A stretch of 64,000 nucleotides of DNA from a virus. Shown here in pieces: positions 46,941-55,948 of the stretch (position 1 is its first letter; every line of letters starts with the position of its first letter). The notes under the pieces are model-generated. The model did no database searches and had not been told where the DNA came from. It saw only the letters and a list, made by a program, of their open reading frames with translations. The position numbers and the translations under genes were made by a program. The stretch is taken from IMG/VR virus record IMGVR_UViG_3300036985_002657, positions 13,137 to 77,136 of that record, one strand, 5' to 3'.

Positions 46941-47219
46941 TCACGCCTCGGCGACGATGCGGACGACAGGTGTGCCCGCGCCGCGTCGGACCCAGACCTT
47001 CTTGACGGTCTGCGCGAACTTCATCGCGCTCACCTGTCCAGGGGTCAATCGCCCGTGCACGTCCACGCCGTCGAAGCTGACCTCGACGTAGTTCGCAGTC
47101 GTCGCGTCCTCGTTGATCACGATGATGCTGCGCGGCTCGAATGGCACAGTGAAGTCCGGCGCACTGACGGCAGCGAACGCGGCGGGCGCAGTCACGGAAG
47201 TCGAATAGATGCTCGGCAT
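46941..47219 (-). CDS. Small beta-rich virion protein
   Basis: 92 aa; TAGACT -10 element 6 nt before ATG (leaderless). Confidence 0.6.
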   Translation of the reverse strand: MPSIYSTSVTAPAAFAAVSAPDFTVPFEPRSIIVINEDATTANYVEVSFDGVDVHGRLTPGQVSAMKFAQTVKKVWVRRGAGTPVVRIVAEA

Positions 47220-47263
47220 GGCGCGAGTCTATCGCGCCGCGCAGCAGAGCGCCAGAGGGCGCG

Positions 47264-48790
47264 TCAGCGTGTGTGCGTGTCGATGCGGAACGTGCTCGCG
47301 CGTTTCTTCTCGGGCTGGCGACTGCCCTCTCGAGCGAACCACAGCGACATCAAGTGATCGCTCGTGTGCTGGTTCGGATCATAGTAGACCATGCCGGTGA
47401 CGAGCGCGCCGATCTCTGCGTTGGCTGGCTTGCCGTTGATCGACGGTATGATCCACTTACCGTTCGCCATCTCGGTCGCCAGCGACTCGACACCGAACTC
47501 GGGGCTCATCTTGTTCTTGCCCGTGAAGAACGCGCGCACCGGCACAGCACTCTCGCTCTTAGTGAAGTCGACGATGAACTGTTGCGCCGCGTTGTTCTCC
47601 ACGATCACGATGCTGCCGAATCGCCGATGCGTGTCGATGATGCGGTCAACGATGTCGCGCGCTGCCCACCGACCAGACTCGACGCAGAGGATCTCGCGGT
47701 CCTCATTCGGGTGCACGATGATCGTACTGAGCACCGTCAAGTCTGCGCCATGCTTGGCGCGGACGCCGAGATCGACTCCGGTGTAGACGCGAAAGCCGTT
47801 CGGGATCTGCGACAGCGCATAGCTCGGGACGTGTCCATCGCCGCGCCGCAAACACGCCTCGATCCACTCACGCTTGAACCGCGACTGCGATTCGTCACGG
47901 GGGATGCAGAGCAGGAGCCGGGCGAACTCGTGCGGGTGTAGCTCGCCGCGCTTTCGCTCGATGCGGTCCTCGGGCCAGCGGTCAGGCCAGGTGCTCCGGT
48001 GGGTGGTGGGATCGAGCACCGGGAACTTGCGCCAGGTGTAGGTGCCGCTGCCTGCGAGCTCGTGCATCAGGTCTTCGGGATGGTAGGCGTTGCCGAGCAG
48101 GCGCACTCTGCCTTCGGGCGTCATGCGGGACATGGGGACGCCGAAGTACCAGTCCTTCGCGTCCTGGCGGCGGACGGGCGAGCTGGTGTTGTTCTGGTTG
48201 AGCAGATCGTCGCCGATGAAGCGATCGGTGCGCGCGCCCATCAGCGAGGCGATGCCGACGCTGGTCGCCTGCACGCTGGGGTCTTTCGGCATCCCCTTAC
48301 GGCCTGGGATGTCTACGGCGATCATCGTCGCGGCCCACACCGGCCCCGGCTTGAGGTCGGGGAAGACATCGTGGATCGGTCCCGGCTGTTGGATGTAGCG
48401 GCGGAGGGCGGAGACGATACGCGAGGCGTACCGCGAGGTCGCCGACGCGATCACGAAGCGGAGGCGCGGGTTGCGCCCGAGCTCCCATAGCGTGTGACCG
48501 ATCGAGAGTTGGACCGTCTTGCCGCTCTCGACGTGGCCCCAGATGATCAGCCGATCGTGCTGGCAGGCGAGATTCTGGAACTGCTCGTGCATCGCCGACT
48601 GGACGATTGGGATGCCGCGCTCCTCGTCGCGAAGCACGAGCTCGCAGAACTCGTTAGGGTCTTCGCGCGCCAGGCGGACGCGCTGCCAGTAGAGCGCCTC
48701 ACGGATGGCGGTCGCCTCCTTCGGGTTCTTGCGAATCCAGTGGGCGAGTTCCGCCTTGGGCATCTGGCGGAGGATATTGAGCTCGATCAC
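47264..48790 (-). CDS. terL: Terminase large subunit
   Basis: Variant Walker A GHVESGKT, G.RTDRFIGDDL, LGNAYHPEDL, WPDRW, RNase H YTGVDLG, VENNAAQ, SDHLMS. Confidence 0.9.
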   Translation of the reverse strand: MIELNILRQMPKAELAHWIRKNPKEATAIREALYWQRVRLAREDPNEFCELVLRDEERGIPIVQSAMHEQFQNLACQHDRLIIWGHVESGKTVQLSIGHTLWELGRNPRLRFVIASATSRYASRIVSALRRYIQQPGPIHDVFPDLKPGPVWAATMIAVDIPGRKGMPKDPSVQATSVGIASLMGARTDRFIGDDLLNQNNTSSPVRRQDAKDWYFGVPMSRMTPEGRVRLLGNAYHPEDLMHELAGSGTYTWRKFPVLDPTTHRSTWPDRWPEDRIERKRGELHPHEFARLLLCIPRDESQSRFKREWIEACLRRGDGHVPSYALSQIPNGFRVYTGVDLGVRAKHGADLTVLSTIIVHPNEDREILCVESGRWAARDIVDRIIDTHRRFGSIVIVENNAAQQFIVDFTKSESAVPVRAFFTGKNKMSPEFGVESLATEMANGKWIIPSINGKPANAEIGALVTGMVYYDPNQHTSDHLMSLWFAREGSRQPEKKRASTFRIDTHTR

Positions 48791-49611
48791 TTCGTCGCCT
48801 TCCGCTTCTTGCGGCGCTTGCCGGTGTGTAGCTCGATCACTGTAGCTCCGTCGTCGGTGCCGTCCTCGAACGCCTCGTCAGGGATGTTGATCTCGATGGT
48901 GCCGTCGGCGCGGGTGTAGCTCACCGTCTGCCCCGCCGTCTGCACCACGGCCCGGCGCAGCGTGCGCTCGATGCCGAGGAGCTCCTCGACAGCCTCCTCC
49001 GCAGTCACCTCCTCGAGCTGAGACTGGATGCCGATGATGTCGGTCGGCTCGCCAAGTCGGATGCGTTCGATCTCGAGTGCAGTGCGGATACTGTCGTTCG
49101 TCGATCGGACGATGAAGGCGGTGTCACCGATCGCCTTGATCGTCTCCTTGGCGGTGAGGTTGGACTTCTCGATCAGCTCGGGCAGTTTCTTGAGCAGCGG
49201 CAGCAGAGTGCGGATCAACGACTGCGCAACGCCGCCCATGGCGATCGCGCTCGTGCGGGCGACGGCGGCGGCCTGTGCCTCCTCACCGGCGCTCTTGACG
49301 GCGTCCTGTCGAGCGCGGCTGCGTTCGAGAGCAACCGCCGCTTTCTCTTGTTCTTGCAGGCGTTGGCGCTCTGCGCGGGCGCTCAGCATCTCGTTCTTGA
49401 TCACATCGCGAATGGGGACTGCCCATTCGTGGTTCTTCAGATCGAGCCATCCTTTGCCCCACCCACGCGCTGCCGTGCGTCTATCGCACCCTGCGGCTCG
49501 TGCTGCAAAAGAGGCGTTCCCAGGCTGTTCTCGATACCCATCTACCAGCAGGTCGTACATCTCCTTCGTGACGGGCCTTCGCCCACGCCGGGTTGAGTTC
49601 ACATCACTCAT
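48787..49611 (-). CDS. Putative terminase small subunit
   Basis: N-terminal HTH (AARAAGCDRRTA..GW) and helical body; overlaps the terL start. Confidence 0.6.
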   Translation of the reverse strand: MSDVNSTRRGRRPVTKEMYDLLVDGYREQPGNASFAARAAGCDRRTAARGWGKGWLDLKNHEWAVPIRDVIKNEMLSARAERQRLQEQEKAAVALERSRARQDAVKSAGEEAQAAAVARTSAIAMGGVAQSLIRTLLPLLKKLPELIEKSNLTAKETIKAIGDTAFIVRSTNDSIRTALEIERIRLGEPTDIIGIQSQLEEVTAEEAVEELLGIERTLRRAVVQTAGQTVSYTRADGTIEINIPDEAFEDGTDDGATVIELHTGKRRKKRKATK

Positions 49612-49819
49612 CGTGGACCTCGATGGTGATGTCCTCTGCGGCGTCTGCCTGCTGGGTGATGGGCACAGGGTGTAGCTTCTCGGCCATCGCTTGTCGGATC
49701 AAAACGGCTGTGGGCAGATTCACTTGCTTGGCGTAGCGAGTGAAGTCTGCCCACAGTCGATCGTTGTATCGGATGGGACGCGGCGTTGACGGGCCGCGGG
49801 TGTAGCGATCGGGCATCAC
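49604..49819 (-). CDS. Ribbon-helix-helix DNA-binding protein
   Basis: PRPIRY.D.LW..F..YAK...L..A.LIR.AM. Confidence 0.7.
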   Translation of the reverse strand: MMPDRYTRGPSTPRPIRYNDRLWADFTRYAKQVNLPTAVLIRQAMAEKLHPVPITQQADAAEDITIEVHDE

Positions 49820-49823
49820 GGGA

Positions 49824-49872
49824 GACGGAAGCTACACCTGCGCGGTGTAGCTCGCAAGGTGTAGCTTCCGTC
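49824..49872. promoter_or_regulatory. Perfect 16-bp inverted repeat (operator/promoter) at the head of the packaging operon
   Basis: GACGGAAGCTACACCT (49824-49839) and AGGTGTAGCTTCCGTC (49857-49872), with a third GGTGTAGCT copy in the spacer. Confidence 0.75.
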
Positions 49873-49886
49873 GGGCGACTCGTGCG

Positions 49887-50519
49887 CTACGGGCGGCGGT
49901 AGAAATCGTTGGCGGTGTTGCCACAGGAGACGGGGATCAGGCCCAACCGGACTGCGCGATGGTGGTCCATGTCGCCGCCCCAGTCCTCAACCTCGCCTGC
50001 GCACGGGCTCCACCCGCGCACGTCCTCGAGCGTGCGCTGAACGACCTCGCGCGCCTTGGCGAGCACTGCGAGCCATCGTGCGCGGAAGCTGCTCCACGGT
50101 GTCGCCGGGACCATCCTCACCACGCCGCCGCGCGGCCCGCTGAGCCTTGGCGCAGTCGGCCAGTGCGCGGGCGCGCTGCCGTCTTCAGCAAGCTCCGCAA
50201 CCCACTGGCGCGGCGAAGTCGGCGCATACGCGCGCTTGCCGAGTGTCGCTCCGGCGTAGGCGCGAGCGAAGCCGACATAGCTCATGCGCTGCCGTGCGGC
50301 CCCACGCAGGATGACTTCGTGGATTGCATAGCCGTCGCCGCGATCGAAGCACTGCCAGTCTGCTTCACTGACGCAGATCCGCGCGAGCGCGACTGCTGGC
50401 GAGATCGGGCGGGTCTGCGCGTCTGCCGTCGAACAGGCAGCGAGGATCAACGCGGCGATCACTGCGAGTAGCAGAAGATCGCTGGCGTCGAGATTGTCTT
50501 TCGGGTGTAGCTTGTCCAT
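49887..50519 (-). CDS. SleB/Hydrolase_2-like cell-wall hydrolase, lipoprotein
   Basis: Signal with LAAC lipobox; LARICVSEA...G.AI..VI.R and C-terminal N.FY resemble SleB. Confidence 0.5.
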   Translation of the reverse strand: MDKLHPKDNLDASDLLLLAVIAALILAACSTADAQTRPISPAVALARICVSEADWQCFDRGDGYAIHEVILRGAARQRMSYVGFARAYAGATLGKRAYAPTSPRQWVAELAEDGSAPAHWPTAPRLSGPRGGVVRMVPATPWSSFRARWLAVLAKAREVVQRTLEDVRGWSPCAGEVEDWGGDMDHHRAVRLGLIPVSCGNTANDFYRRP

Positions 50520-50536
50520 CGGATTCCTTAGCCTCA

Positions 50537-52477
50537 TCACTCTGTCTGTGCCAGCGCGTGCGCCACGCGCTTGACGAACTCGGCCTCACTGATGATCTCG
50601 ATCGGCAGGCCCTTGGCGCGGTACGCCTCGGCCTTCTTCTTCTTGCCGCTCGCCGTGCCTGCTGCGATTGCGCTGTCGCTGATCACGAGGATGTTGGTCT
50701 CCTTCGTCAACGTGCCTGGCGTGCTCCCGCCGTGCTCGGTGACAAGCGCCTGTGCGACCATGCGATCCATATCGGCAAGCGCGCCGGTGAAGACGACCTT
50801 CTTGCCTGCGAAGCAAGACCACGCCGCGCTGCCCTCCGTGAGCGCAGCAATCATCGTCGCCGTGTGCTCGAGTCGGACGTGGACGAGCAGGCCGTCGATC
50901 AAGTCCTCGTGACGCCGGAGCTCCTTCTGCACCTCGTTGCGCTTGCCCGCTGCGGTGTGCCTGATGTCGAGCGTCTCCCAATCGATCTCGGCAGCGAGCT
51001 CCCTGCTGAGCGTGCGCCCGAGCTTCTCGATGCCGAGCGCCTGGAGGAACACGGCGGGCGACAGCGTGCGCGTCTTGGCGATCGCTTCGAGGATGTTCGC
51101 CGACTCGCCTGCCCCGAGCCCTGCGCGGCGCAGCCCGATGTGGTCGAGCTTATAGAGATCGATCGGCGTGCGCACCAAGTCGATGTTGAACAGCGCCTTG
51201 ACCGTCTCTGCGCCGATGCCGAGCATCCCGGTCGTCCGGCACCAGAACAGGATGCGCTCGCGGCGCGCGCCGTCGCAGTAGGCACCTCGAGTGCAGCGCA
51301 GCGTCGTCTTCTGCGTCGTGGTCGGTGCGCCGCACGCGGGGCAGTTGAGCGGAGCCATCTGCACCTTGCCTTCGCCGCCACGCACGCCTTCGATATGCGG
51401 GATGACGCCGCCACGCCGCGTGACGGTGAGCTCGGAGCCGACACGCAACACGCCGAGCTCTCGGAAACGAACGACGTTGTGAAGCGTAGCGCGCGTGATG
51501 CTGACGCCCGAAAGCTCCACAGGCTCCATCACGACCACAGGGGTGATCGTCGCGAGTCGCGAGACCTCCCACTCGACGCCGGTCAAAGTCGTCTTGCCGG
51601 TCTGCCCCTGGTACTTCCAGGCGATCGCCCAGCGCGGGTGATGCTCCGTGGAGCCGAGCAGTTGGCGCGTGCTCGCGTCCTCGACCTTTGCCACGAGGCC
51701 ATCGATCTCAAACGGTGTGACCCACTCGCGCTCGACCAGTTGGCGGAGCTCGTCGCGGTTGCGCGCCGTGCCGAACTTGCCGACGTTGAACCCGAACCGC
51801 TCGAGCAGACCGAGCTTGCTCAGCATCGGCAGCGCCGCGCGCTGGGTGTCGGTGCTGAGCAGATCGTAGGCGACGAAGCGTGCCGCGCGCAGCGGCTCCC
51901 AGTCGGTCTTGCGCCCGATGAGTCCTGCGATCAGATTGCGCGCGTTGGCGTAGGTCGCGGAGAACGCCTCCTCGAAGGTCTCGATCGGCATCAGCAGTTC
52001 GCCGCGCACCTCGTTCACACCGGCCACGTCGCCCGGCATGAACACGTTGAGCGTGAGCGGTGCTACGCCGCCGAACTGCACCGCCCCCGTCACGTCCTCG
52101 CCTTCAGCGCCGTCACCGCGCGTCGTGGCGCGCACAAGGCGGCCATCGACGTACTTGAGCGCCAGCGCCAGCCCGTCGTACTTGGGCTGGACGAGCAGCG
52201 AGCAGCCGCGCTCGAACATCGGCTTGGCCCATGCCTGGAGGTCGGGCATCTCATAGACCTTGCCGAGCGAGAGCATCGGCACGCTGTGGCGAACCTTGAC
52301 GCCCGAGACCTTCGCTCCGATCTCCAACAGCACTGGCGACTCGCCGCTCTTGAAGCGGAGATCCTCTACGAGCTTGTCGAACTCTGCGTCACTGATCTCC
52401 GGCCTGCCTGCGTCGTAGAGCGACTGGTGCCTGCGCACCGCGCGCTCGAGCTCTGCGATCGACATCGTCATCATCAT
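50537..52477 (-). CDS. ligA: NAD-dependent DNA ligase
   Basis: Y..G.PEISDAEFD, HSVPMLSL, PKYDG, TRGDG.EGEDVT, EVRGE, DGLV.K, PRWAIAWK, RATLHN, Zn finger, BRCT VVFTG. Confidence 0.95.
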   Translation of the reverse strand: MMMTMSIAELERAVRRHQSLYDAGRPEISDAEFDKLVEDLRFKSGESPVLLEIGAKVSGVKVRHSVPMLSLGKVYEMPDLQAWAKPMFERGCSLLVQPKYDGLALALKYVDGRLVRATTRGDGAEGEDVTGAVQFGGVAPLTLNVFMPGDVAGVNEVRGELLMPIETFEEAFSATYANARNLIAGLIGRKTDWEPLRAARFVAYDLLSTDTQRAALPMLSKLGLLERFGFNVGKFGTARNRDELRQLVEREWVTPFEIDGLVAKVEDASTRQLLGSTEHHPRWAIAWKYQGQTGKTTLTGVEWEVSRLATITPVVVMEPVELSGVSITRATLHNVVRFRELGVLRVGSELTVTRRGGVIPHIEGVRGGEGKVQMAPLNCPACGAPTTTQKTTLRCTRGAYCDGARRERILFWCRTTGMLGIGAETVKALFNIDLVRTPIDLYKLDHIGLRRAGLGAGESANILEAIAKTRTLSPAVFLQALGIEKLGRTLSRELAAEIDWETLDIRHTAAGKRNEVQKELRRHEDLIDGLLVHVRLEHTATMIAALTEGSAAWSCFAGKKVVFTGALADMDRMVAQALVTEHGGSTPGTLTKETNILVISDSAIAAGTASGKKKKAEAYRAKGLPIEIISEAEFVKRVAHALAQTE

Positions 52478-52716
52478 GCTCCCACCTCGATCTCGATGAC
52501 ATCGTCATCGGCGATGTGCCGGGCGAACTGCTCGGCAGCGATCTTCTTCACAAGCACCGGCGACAGGAACAGATGCGGCTGCGTCGCGCAGCGGCACACC
52601 TGGCAGCGCCAGTGCGCGGCGACGACGTGGAACACCCACCCGTCACCCGCATACCAATCCGTCCGCTCGTTACAGTAGGCGCAGAGGCCCTGCATCTCGA
52701 TCTCAAGTCTTGCCAT
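52474..52716 (-). CDS. Small Zn-finger protein
   Basis: CAYC ... CQVC. Confidence 0.5.
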   Translation of the reverse strand: MARLEIEMQGLCAYCNERTDWYAGDGWVFHVVAAHWRCQVCRCATQPHLFLSPVLVKKIAAEQFARHIADDDVIEIEVGA

Positions 52717-52828
52717 CGGCTCCTCCACTCTGCGCACGCGAGTCGTTGGTTGAACCTCGCGAGCCCTTCCCCGCCCAGCGTGCGCAGAGTGCAGCCGCCG
52801 CTGCCGCCGCTGCCAACGTCTTGTGCGA

Positions 52829-53287
52829 TCAACGCTTCTTTCGCTTCACTGCGGGCTTCTGCGCGCGGCGCAGTTCGACCTCGTCCATGCCTGCGACGAG
52901 ATCAAGAAAGTCCGCGAGCCGCATCGTCGCCATCGTCTGCTGCGCCCCGCCGTGATGACTGATCACCACGACGGGCTTGCCCGCGTGCTCCGTTGTCTCA
53001 CACGAGGCGCTCGCCTCGAGTCCTTGGCGCAGCTTGTCGTGGATCGCGTTCGTGCTGCCCTTGGCGCACTCGATCCAGAACGGCGTGCCGGTCACGTCGG
53101 GCGCTTCGTTGCCCTCACGAGTCTGGCCCACCGCGCGTCGCGCCTTTGGGAACAACGGCTTCAGTGCGTTAGCGATCTCGCGCTCGAACACGCTGCCCCG
53201 CTTCTGGCTGCGCCGGTTGCGGTCACTGCGCTCAGTGAACCCAGGATGCAGTTCGTCGATGATCTTGCTCTGCTTGGGCTTCGCCAT
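52829..53287 (-). CDS. Holliday junction resolvase-like PD-(D/E)xK nuclease
   Basis: SQKRGSVFEREIA, PDV, WIECAK, PVVV. Confidence 0.75.
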   Translation of the reverse strand: MAKPKQSKIIDELHPGFTERSDRNRRSQKRGSVFEREIANALKPLFPKARRAVGQTREGNEAPDVTGTPFWIECAKGSTNAIHDKLRQGLEASASCETTEHAGKPVVVISHHGGAQQTMATMRLADFLDLVAGMDEVELRRAQKPAVKRKKR

Positions 53288-53472
53288 CACTCCTCCCCAG
53301 GCGCGTGCGCAGGGCGATCGAACGTCGGCAGGCGCGGCGTGTTCTCCTGCCACGGCGCAGGCGCGGCCTGCTTCTCCAGCGCGTCGGCGATGCGCTCCAG
53401 CGCCTTCGCGATCCGCGGCACATCACTCTCGATGAGCTTACGGCCCATCACCGTTTGAAAGAACTGGATCAT
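53287..53472 (-). CDS. Hypothetical protein
   Basis: FFQT.MGRK..E.DVPRIAKALERIADALE; AAGGAG RBS. Confidence 0.6.
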   Translation of the reverse strand: MIQFFQTVMGRKLIESDVPRIAKALERIADALEKQAAPAPWQENTPRLPTFDRPAHAPGEE

Positions 53473-54278
53473 CTCGACTCCTTGCGTGGGCGGGGTGGAT
53501 CGGACACCGCAGCTGAACTCGGACACACGCTCGCTGCATCACAGCGGTTGCAGTGCTCGCCGGGCTCTTGCGGCGGATCGATGCTGTCGTGCTTGAACTC
53601 CAGTCGAGTCTCGACTGTCAGCAAGTGGACACGACGCAGGCGCTTCATCGCAACGTGCAGTTCGTCCGCTCGCCAGTCGTGGTGTGTCTGGATGATGGCC
53701 TCCTTCGTGACGTTGAAGATCGAAGCGCGCACGGTGTCAGGCTTGTCGAACCAAAGCCACGTTGCAAGCGCCTCCATCATCGACTGCGGTGCAGTCGCAG
53801 GATCGACGGGGCGCTTGCCGGTCTTGTAGTCGATCACCCAATGGCCCTCGGCGAGCAAGTCCGCCTTCACCATAACGTGATCGCGGGGTGTAGCTTCGGC
53901 CTTGAGCTCCGAGGTATCGATGATCGCTGCGACCTGCTCGGCGGTGTTGATGATGAACTGCACCTCCGGTTGCCCGCGCGGGATCGAGTCGATGTCGAGC
54001 GCGTCGCAGAAGTTCACCAGGCGCTTGAACTTCGACGCGATGTAGCGGATCGCTGCGGGCTTGCCCCGCGTCTGAACGTACTCGAGATACCGATGCACCG
54101 CGATGCCGTGCCACATCGCAGGACCGGGTTCGCGCGGCGGACCGCGATACACCCGCGCCGCCGCGCAGTGCTCGGCAGCGACGAAGGTGTGCGGGCTGAT
54201 GATGTAGTCGCGAACGATCATGTCCATGCTCTTTGCCTTGTGCGCTCGAGGGTGTCTTAGCCACGGGTCGTCCATCAC
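53469..54278 (-). CDS. Cas4/RecB-like PD-(D/E)xK exonuclease with Fe-S cysteines
   Basis: SP..F...HC, GIAVHRYLE, ADLL, VIDYKTG, PGEHCNRC.....CP. Confidence 0.8.
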   Translation of the reverse strand: MMDDPWLRHPRAHKAKSMDMIVRDYIISPHTFVAAEHCAAARVYRGPPREPGPAMWHGIAVHRYLEYVQTRGKPAAIRYIASKFKRLVNFCDALDIDSIPRGQPEVQFIINTAEQVAAIIDTSELKAEATPRDHVMVKADLLAEGHWVIDYKTGKRPVDPATAPQSMMEALATWLWFDKPDTVRASIFNVTKEAIIQTHHDWRADELHVAMKRLRRVHLLTVETRLEFKHDSIDPPQEPGEHCNRCDAASVCPSSAAVSDPPRPRKESR

Positions 54279-55891
54279 TCATCGACCTCGATGAAGTCGC
54301 CATAGCCGACGCTCTTGTAGCCCGGCCCCGTGCTAACGATCATCGGCTTCATCCGGTGCGCGCCAACGAGCAGCCAGATCACCTTCGTCTTGCCGGGCGG
54401 GAACTCGGGCGCCCAGCCGCCACCGTCGGTGATGAAGATCATCACATCAGGCTCGGGGCGCAGGTTGCTGAGCTCCTCGAACACAGGGCGGAAGTCGGTG
54501 CCTCCACCGCCCTTGATCTGCGCCAGTAGCTCGCGCACGGTCTTGACCTTCATCGTTGCGTGCACGCGGCAGTCGCAGGCGATCAGATGCACCTCGCCTC
54601 CGATGCTGCGCATGATCGCCTCGGCCTCGGTCACGGCGCGGTTGACCTCGCTCTGCCCCATGCTGCCCGAGGTGTCGAGAGCGATCACGACGTTGGGCTG
54701 CCGGGAGATGAGCGCCGGAGCGATCATCTTACCGACGCCGAAGCCGTAGCCCGCCTGTCGGCGCGACACGCGGTTGAACGTGTAGTCGGTCGCGCCTGCG
54801 CGACGAGCGACAGCGGAGCGCCCGAGCATGGCGAGCTTCTGCTGCCACATCACCTTCGCAGGCGTGGTGAGCTTCTCGGCCCAGCGCACCATGCCTGCGG
54901 GCACCGAGCCTACGCCATGCTGCTTGGCGTGCTGCTGGATGGCGAGCGCGGTCGCCTGCTTGAGCACCGCAACCTCGGAGTCCTTGCGGCCTTGGGGGTC
55001 GTCCTCGGGCTCAGCGTCGCCGGGGTTGCCCGCGCAGCCTCCGCAGCGCGGGTTGGGGTGGAGGTCGTCGCAGTCGTCCTCCCCGATTCCTGCGGTGTTT
55101 GACGGTGTTTGACCTTGTGCGTCCACCCCGTCGCCCGAGCCAGGCTCGTCGCCCTCGCCCTCCTGCGCCCCGCCATCGCCCTCCGAGTCGGCCCCGTCGC
55201 TGCTGTCGTCCTCGTCAGCTTCGCCGTCCCCAGCGCCGTCCTCGTCGCCTGCGTCGGCCTTCGTGTCGTCAGAGTCCTCGGCGTCCGGCAGGTTGTCCTC
55301 TGCCTCGTCGCCGTCGCTGTCCTCGGGCTCCTCCGTGGGCTCCGACTCCTCGGGCTGCTCAGCCTCGCGGCGAGCCTGCTCCTCGGCGGCAGCCTTCTCG
55401 CGCTCCGCCTTGCGGCGCTTCTTCTCGTCCTCGCGCTGCTGGACGAGCGCGCGGTAGTATTCCTCTGCCGTCTTGTTGATCGGCAGCTTGAACGTGTGCG
55501 GCTGCACACCGCCGCCGTCCGGCAGCGGGAGGCGCATCAGCGCCAGGTCGTCGTTGATCTCGCAGTCGCCTGCGAGGTTGAACAGCTTGGCGTCGGCGCT
55601 CATCGCCTCACGGCGATCGGCGTGCTCGCGCAGCCAGTGCATCACCTCGTGGATGATCACACTGCCTGCCTCGGGCGTCGTCCACCGCGCGAGCGCGGCG
55701 GGCTCGTAGAGCATCACGCCCTGCTTGCTGACGGCGAACGTGCCGTGCTCGGAGAGCGTGCCGTTCGGCACCTCGCGCGGCACAAGCGAGAGGATCGCTT
55801 GGGCGAAGTACGGCGTCTTCGCCACAGCCCAGTATCGGGCGGCGGCGAGCGCCTGTTTAGGCGGGAGCGTTGTGATTGCGAGTGCTGCCAT
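54275..55891 (-). CDS. Putative metallopeptidase plus vWA domain protein (DUF2201-like)
   Basis: HEVMH..REH, N.A.D.EIN, long acidic linker, MIDAS DTSGSM, GGGGTDF, FITDG. Confidence 0.88.
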   Translation of the reverse strand: MAALAITTLPPKQALAAARYWAVAKTPYFAQAILSLVPREVPNGTLSEHGTFAVSKQGVMLYEPAALARWTTPEAGSVIIHEVMHWLREHADRREAMSADAKLFNLAGDCEINDDLALMRLPLPDGGGVQPHTFKLPINKTAEEYYRALVQQREDEKKRRKAEREKAAAEEQARREAEQPEESEPTEEPEDSDGDEAEDNLPDAEDSDDTKADAGDEDGAGDGEADEDDSSDGADSEGDGGAQEGEGDEPGSGDGVDAQGQTPSNTAGIGEDDCDDLHPNPRCGGCAGNPGDAEPEDDPQGRKDSEVAVLKQATALAIQQHAKQHGVGSVPAGMVRWAEKLTTPAKVMWQQKLAMLGRSAVARRAGATDYTFNRVSRRQAGYGFGVGKMIAPALISRQPNVVIALDTSGSMGQSEVNRAVTEAEAIMRSIGGEVHLIACDCRVHATMKVKTVRELLAQIKGGGGTDFRPVFEELSNLRPEPDVMIFITDGGGWAPEFPPGKTKVIWLLVGAHRMKPMIVSTGPGYKSVGYGDFIEVDE

Positions 55892-55948
55892 AGATCATCT
55901 CCTCCATGCTGCGCACGAGTCGGGCTCGTGCGCAGGAGCGGGGTACGA

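Noticed and set aside
50558-52678. Long antisense or alternate-frame ORFs (e.g. 50558-52678, 55109-57220, 32686-34104, 13253-14899, 42605-44047)
   Set aside because: Shadow frames of real genes in high-GC DNA: Arg/Ala-rich, no motifs, no RBS
53469-54278. Cas4 as evidence of a CRISPR-Cas system
   Set aside because: Solo Cas4/RecB-like nucleases are common phage recombination genes; no cas1/cas2 or array is present
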